The notes below the pieces were generated by a model. That model searched no databases, was not told the DNA's origin, and was given only the letters and a program-made list of their open reading frames with translations. A stretch of DNA of 64,000 bases, from contig OZ176052.1 in assembly GCA_964247055.1 (NCBI GenBank), positions 13,392,001-13,456,000 on the forward strand, written 5' to 3'. The stretch comes from Paragordius varius (lineage: Eukaryota; Animalia; Nematomorpha). The number at the start of each line of letters is the position of its first letter. The stretch's first letter is position 1. The position numbers and the translations under genes are program-made. This document shows positions 57,001 through 64,000 of the stretch, piece by piece.

Positions 57001-60000
57001 ACAAAATTATTTTTTATACATTCTCTTCGCAAGACTACATCAAAATATAGAGATAGTTTGACAAACTCTTTCATATCCGATTTTTACAACGATACTTTAT
57101 AAATTAATGTATAAAACTAGTCGTATCAATAAGTCGCATCAATACTCAAGTTAAACTTTGTCCTTAAAAATCGGATATTGGTCACCGGTGAACAAAATAA
57201 TTTTTTATACATTCTCTTAGTAAGACTACATCAAAATATAGAGATAGTTTGACAAACTCTTTCATAACCGATTTTTACAACGATACTTTAAAAATTATGG
57301 TATTAAACCAGTCGCATCAATACTCAAGTTAAACTTTGTCCTTAAAAATCGGATATTGGTCACCGGTGAACAAAATTATTTTTTATACATTCTCTTAGTA
57401 AGACTACATCAAAATATAGAGATAGTTTGACAAACTCTTTCATATCCGATTTTTACAACGATACTTTAAAAATTATGGTATTAAACTAGTCGCATCAATA
57501 CTCAAATTAAACTTTGTCCTTAAAAATCGGATATTGGTCACCGGTGAACAAAATTATATTTTATATATTCTCTTAGCAAGACTACATCAAAATATAGAGA
57601 TAGTTTGAAACTCTTTCATAACCGATTTTTACAACGATACTTTAAAAGTTATGGTATTAAACCAGTCGCATCAATACTCAAGTTAAACTTTGTCCTTAAC
57701 AATCGGATATTGGTCACCGGTGAACAAAATTATTTTTTATACATTCTCTTAGTAGGACTACATCAAAATATAGAGATAGTTTGGCAAACTCTTTCATATC
57801 CGATTTTTACAACGATATTTAAAAATTAATGTATAAAACTAGTCGCATCAATACTCAAGTTAAACTTTGTCCTTAACAATCGGATATTGGTCACCGGTGA
57901 ACAAAATTATTTTTTATACATTCTCTTAGTAGGACTACATCAAAATATAGAGATAGTTTGGCAAACTCTTTCATATCCGATTTTTACAACGATATTTAAA
58001 AATTAATGTATAAAACTAGTCGCATCAATACTCAAGTTAAACTTTGTCCTTAAAAATCGAATTTTGGTCACCGGTGAACAAAATTATTTTTTATACATTC
58101 TCTTAGTAAGACTACATAAAAATATAGAGATAGTTTGACAAACTCTTTCATATCCGATTTTTACAACGATATTTTAAAAATTAATGTGTTAAACTAGTCG
58201 CATCAATACTCAAGTTAAACTTTGTCCTTAAAAATCGGATATTGGTCACCGGTGAACAAAATTATTTTTTATACATTCTCTTAGCAAGACTACATCAAAA
58301 TATAGAGATAGTTTGACAAACTCTTTCATATCCGATTTTTACAACGATACTTTAAAAATTAATGTATAAAACTAGTCGTATCAATAAATCGCATCAATAC
58401 TCAGGTTAAACTTTGTCCTTAAAAATTGGATATTGGTCACCGGTGAATAAAATTATTTTTTATTCATTCTCTTAGTAGGACTACATCAAAATATAGAGAT
58501 AGTTTGGCAAACTCTTTCATATCCGATTTTTACAACGATACTTTAAAAATTAATGTATAAAACTAGTCGCATCAATACTCAAGTTAAACTTTGTCCTTAA
58601 AAATCGAATATTGGTCACCGGTGAACAAAATTATTTTTTATACATTCTCTTAGTAAGACTACATCAAAAAATAGAGATAGTTTGACAAACTCTTTCATAT
58701 CCGATTTTTACAACGATACTTTAAAAATTAATGTGTTAAACTAGTCGCATCAATACTCAAGTTAAACTTTGTCCTTAAAAATCGGATATTGGTCACCAGT
58801 GAACAAAATTATTTTTTATACATTCTCTTCGCAAGACTACATCAAAATATAGAGATAGTTTGACAAACTCTTTCATATCCGATTTTTACAACGATACTTT
58901 ATAAATTAATGTATAAAACTAGTCGTATCAATAAGTCGCATCAATACTCAAGTTAAACTTTGTCCTTAAAAATCGGATATTGGTCACCGGTGAACAAAAT
59001 AATTTTTTATACATTCTCTTAGTAAGACTACATCAAAATATAGAGATAGTTTGACAAACTCTTTCATAACCGATTTTTACAACGATACTTTAAAAATTAT
59101 GGTATTAAACCAGTCGCATCAATACTCAAGTTAAACTTTGTCCTTAAAAATCGGATATTGGTCACCGGTGAACAAAATTATTTTTTATACATTCTCTTAG
59201 TAAGACTACATCAAAATATAGAGATAGTTTGACAAACTCTTTCATATCCGATTTTTACAACGATACTTTAAAAATTATGGTATTAAACTAGTCGCATCAA
59301 TACTCAAATTAAACTTTGTCCTTAAAAATCGGATATTGGTCACCGGTGAACAAAATTATATTTTATATATTCTCTTAGCAAGACTACATCAAAATATAGA
59401 GATAGTTTGAAACTCTTTCATAACCGATTTTTACAACGATACTTTAAAAATTATGGTATTAAACCAGTCGCATCAATACTCAAGTTAAACTTTGTCCTTA
59501 ACAATCGGATATTGGTCACCGGTGAACAAAATTATTTTTTATACATTCTCTTAGTAGGACTACATCAAAATATAGAGATAGTTTGGCAAACTCTTTCATA
59601 TCCGATTTTTACAACGATATTTAAAAATTAATGTATAAAACTAGTCGCATCAATACTCAAGTTAAACTTTGTCCTTAAAAATCGAATATTGGTCACCGGT
59701 GAACAAAATTATTTTTTATACATTCTCTTAGTAAGACTACATAAAAATATAGAGATAGTTTGACAAACTCTTTCATATCCGATTTTTACAACGATATTTT
59801 AAAAATTAATGTGTTAAACTAGTCGCATCAATACTCAAGTTAAACTTTGTCCTTAAAAATCGGATATTGGTCACCGGTGAACAAAATTATTTTTTATACA
59901 TTCTCTTAGCAAGACTACATCAAAATATAGAGATAGTTTGACAAACTCTTTCATATCCGATTTTTACAACGATACTTTATAAATTAATGTATAAAACTAG

Positions 60001-63000
60001 TCGTATCAATAAGTCGCATCAATACTCAAGTTAAACTTTGTCCTTAAAAATCGGATATTGGTCACCGGTGAACAAAATAATTTTTTATACATTCTCTTAG
60101 TAAGACTACATCAAAATATAGAGATAGTTTGACAAACTCTTTCATAACCGATTTTTACAACGATACTTTAAAAATTATGGTATTAAACCAGTCGCATCAA
60201 TACTCAAGTTAAACTTTGTCCTTAAAAATCGGATATTGGTCACCGGTGAACAAAATTATTTTTTATACATTCTCTTAGTAAGACTACATCAAAATATAGA
60301 GATAGTTTGACAAACTCTTTCATATCCGATTTTTACAACGATACTTTAAAAATTAATGTATAAAACTAGTCGCATCAATACTCAAGTTAAACTTTATCCT
60401 TAAAAATTGGATATTGGTCACCGGTGAACAAAATAATTTTTTATACATTCTCTTAGTAAGACTACATCAAAATATAGGGATAGTTTGACAAACTCTTTCA
60501 TATCCGATTTTTACAACGATACTTTAAAAATTATGGTATTAAACTAGTCGCATCAATACTCAAATTAAACTTTGTCCTTAAAAATCGGATATTGGTCACC
60601 GGTGAACAAAATTATATTTTATATATTCTCTTAGCAAGACTACATCAAAATATAGAGATAGTTTGAAACTCTTTCATAACCGATTTTTACAACGATACTT
60701 TAAAAATTATGGTATTAAACCAGTCGCATCAATACTCAAGTTAAACTTTGTCCTTAACAATCGGATATTGGTCACCGGTGAACAAAATTATTTTTTATAC
60801 ATTCTCTTAGCAAGACTACATCAAAATATAGAGATAGTTTGACAAACTCTTTCATAACCGATTTTTACAACGATACTTTAAAAATTATGGTATTAAACCA
60901 GTCGCATCAATACTCAAGTTAAACTTTGTCCTTAAAAATCGGATATTGGTCACCGGTGAACAAAATAATTTTTTATACATTCTCTTAGTAAGACTACATC
61001 AAAATATAGGGATAGTTTGACAAACTCTTTCATATCCGATTTTTACAACGATACTTTAAAAATTATGGTATTAAACTAGTCGCATCAATACTCAAATTAA
61101 ACTTTGTCCTTAAAAATCGGATATTGGTCACCGGTGAACAAAATTATATTTTATATATTCTCTTAGCAAGACTACATCAAAATATAGAGATAGTTTGAAA
61201 CTCTTTCATAACCGATTTTTACAACGATACTTTAAAAATTATGGTATTAAACCAGTCGCATCAATACTCAAGTTAAACTTTGTCCTTAACAATCGGATAT
61301 TGGTCACCGGTGAACAAAATTATTTTTTATACATTCTCTTAGCAAGACTACATCAAAATATAGAGATAGTTTGACAAACTCTTTCATATCCGATTTTTAC
61401 AACGATACTTTAAAAATTAATGTATAAAACTAGTCGTATCAATAAATCGCATCAATACTCAAGTTAAACTTTGTCCTTAAAAATCGGATATTGGTCACCG
61501 GTGAACAAAATAATTTTTTATACATTCTCATAGACTACATCAAAATATAGAGATAGTTTGACAAACTCTTTCATATCCGATTTTTACAACGATACTTTAA
61601 AAATTAATGTATAAAACTAGTCGCATCAATACTCAAGTTAAACTTTGTCCTTAAAAATCGGATATTGGTCACCGGTGAACAAAATAATTTTTTATACATT
61701 CTCTTAGTAAGACTACATCAAAATATAGAGATAGTTTGACAAACTCTTTCATAACCGATTTTTACAACGATACTTTAAAAATTATGGTATTAAACCAGTC
61801 GCATCAATACTCAAGTTAAACTTTGTCCTTAAAAATCGGATATTGGTCACCGGTGAACAAAATTATTTTTTATACATTCTCTTAGTAAGACTACATCAAA
61901 ATATAGAGATAGTTTGACAAACTCTTTCATATCCGATTTTTACAACGATACTTTAAAAATTATGGTATTAAACTAGTCGCATCAATACTCAAATTAAACT
62001 TTGTCCTTAAAAATCGGATATTGGTCACCGGTGAACAAAATTATATTTTATATATTCTCTTAGCAAGACTACATCAAAATATAGAGATAGTTTGAAACTC
62101 TTTCATAACCGATTTTTACAACGATACTTTAAAAATTATGGTATTAAACCAGTCGCATCAATACTCAAGTTAAACTTTGTCCTTAACAATCGGATATTGG
62201 TCACCGGTGAACAAAATTATTTTTTATACATTCTCTTAGTAGGACTACATCAAAATATAGAGATAGTTTGGCAAACTCTTTCATATCCGATTTTTACAAC
62301 GATATTTAAAAATTAATGTATAAAACTAGTCGCATCAATACTCAAGTTAAACTTTGTCCTTAACAATCGGATATTGGTCACCGGTGAACAAAATTATTTT
62401 TTATACATTCTCTTAGTAGGACTACATCAAAATATAGAGATAGTTTGGCAAACTCTTTCATATCCGATTTTTACAACGATATTTAAAAATTAATGTATAA
62501 AACTAGTCGCATCAATACTCAAGTTAAACTTTGTCCTTAAAAATCGAATTTTGGTCACCGGTGAACAAAATTATTTTTTATACATTCTCTTAGTAAGACT
62601 ACATAAAAATATAGAGATAGTTTGACAAACTCTTTCATATCCGATTTTTACAACGATATTTTAAAAATTAATGTGTTAAACTAGTCGCATCAATACTCAA
62701 GTTAAACTTTGTCCTTAAAAATCGGATATTGGTCACCGGTGAACAAAATTATTTTTTATACATTCTCTTAGCAAGACTACATCAAAATATAGAGATAGTT
62801 TGACAAACTCTTTCATATCCGATTTTTACAACGATACTTTAAAAATTAATGTATAAAACTAGTCGTATCAATAAATCGCATCAATACTCAGGTTAAACTT
62901 TGTCCTTAAAAATTGGATATTGGTCACCGGTGAATAAAATTATTTTTTATTCATTCTCTTAGTAGGACTACATCAAAATATAGAGATAGTTTGGCAAACT

Positions 63001-64000
63001 CTTTCATATCCGATTTTTACAACGATACTTTAAAAATTAATGTATAAAACTAGTCGCATCAATACTCAAGTTAAACTTTGTCCTTAAAAATCGAATATTG
63101 GTCACCGGTGAACAAAATTATTTTTTATACATTCTCTTAGTAAGACTACATCAAAAAATAGAGATAGTTTGACAAACTCTTTCATATCCGATTTTTACAA
63201 CGATACTTTAAAAATTAATGTGTTAAACTAGTCGCATCAATACTCAAGTTAAACTTTGTCCTTAAAAATCGGATATTGGTCACCAGTGAACAAAATTATT
63301 TTTTATACATTCTCTTCGCAAGACTACATCAAAATATAGAGATAGTTTGACAAACTCTTTCATATCCGATTTTTACAACGATACTTTATAAATTAATGTA
63401 TAAAACTAGTCGTATCAATAAGTCGCATCAATACTCAAGTTAAACTTTGTCCTTAAAAATCGGATATTGGTCACCGGTGAACAAAATAATTTTTTATACA
63501 TTCTCTTAGTAAGACTACATCAAAATATAGAGATAGTTTGACAAACTCTTTCATAACCGATTTTTACAACGATACTTTAAAAATTATGGTATTAAACCAG
63601 TCGCATCAATACTCAAGTTAAACTTTGTCCTTAAAAATCGGATATTGGTCACCGGTGAACAAAATTATTTTTTATACATTCTCTTAGTAAGACTACATCA
63701 AAATATAGAGATAGTTTGACAAACTCTTTCATATCCGATTTTTACAACGATACTTTAAAAATTATGGTATTAAACTAGTCGCATCAATACTCAAATTAAA
63801 CTTTGTCCTTAAAAATCGGATATTGGTCACCGGTGAACAAAATTATATTTTATATATTCTCTTAGCAAGACTACATCAAAATATAGAGATAGTTTGAAAC
63901 TCTTTCATAACCGATTTTTACAACGATACTTTAAAAATTATGGTATTAAACCAGTCGCATCAATACTCAAGTTAAACTTTGTCCTTAACAATCGGATATT
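45380..64000 (+). repeat. Young, highly homogeneous HOR domain with 9-mer (about 1,625 bp), 10-mer (1,802 bp), 11-mer (1,980 bp) and truncated 7-mer (1,267 bp) units
   Basis: The marker TTTTATTCATTC lies at 46,061, 51,436, 53,238, 55,218, 56,485, 58,465 and 62,952 (offsets 5,375, 1,802, 1,980, 1,267, 1,980, 4,487). The marker CGAATTTTGG at 52,831, 54,811, 56,078, 58,058 and 62,545 gives the same offsets. Confidence 0.92.
60300..61370 (+). repeat. Local 3-monomer (532-bp) tandem duplication
   Basis: AATATAGGGATAG lies at 60,477 and 61,009. Each copy is followed by the same ATTATATT/TTTGAAACT monomer and an AACAATC/GCAAG monomer. Confidence 0.85.

Larger units (their letters stand above)
1..64000 (+). 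repeat. Tandem satellite DNA array, 178-bp consensus monomer (about 355 copies, all in the same orientation); putative centromeric/pericentromeric satellite of unidentified family
   Basis: The motif ATTTTTACAACGATAC restarts at 1, 179, 356, 534 and so on to the end of the window. The landmarks GGTCACCGGTGAAC and GATAGTTTGACAAACTC recur once per unit with no unique sequence in between. The centromeric label is inferred from monomer size and architecture only. Confidence 0.99.

Noticed and set aside
4432-62316. The 13 ORFs of 73-96 aa in the track (MKLFHNRFLQRYFKNYGIKPVASILK...)
   Set aside because: They are translations of the same satellite junction, opened by a 2-bp deletion (TTTGACAAACT to TTTGAAACT). 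Most start at TTG, there is no recognisable domain or non-repeat context, and they serve only as HOR markers.
1-64000. CRISPR array interpretation
   Set aside because: There are no unique spacers, the entire 178-bp unit repeats, and no cas genes or leader are present.
1-64000. Assignment to Arabidopsis CEN178 on the basis of monomer length
   Set aside because: The length matches, but the sequence lacks the HindIII AAGCTT start and, as far as I recall it, the rest of that consensus.

Overview
The whole 64 kb window is one uninterrupted, head-to-tail, single-orientation AT-rich satellite DNA array. The consensus monomer is 178 bp (about 27.5% GC by hand count), with roughly 355 monomers, and about one in five is a 191-bp form carrying an internal 13-bp tandem duplication. 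I see no credible protein-coding gene, RNA gene, transposon insertion or CRISPR array; the 13 ORFs in the track are near-identical translations of one satellite variant. I do not recognise the satellite family or the host species. The 178-bp size and array architecture fit a eukaryotic centromeric or pericentromeric satellite, but that is inference. The structure worth following up is of three kinds. (1) The monomer has a hidden dyad design: a perfect 14-bp inverted repeat, an ACTAGT palindrome at its axis and three further short palindromes. (2) A 7-monomer order of variant types recurs across 36 kb. (3) Nested, recent higher-order repeats (HORs) and tandem duplications include 1,965-bp and 4,480-bp duplications and a 9-to-10-to-11-monomer HOR at the 3' end. 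All coordinates and offsets were read by hand from diagnostic variants and may be off by a few bases.
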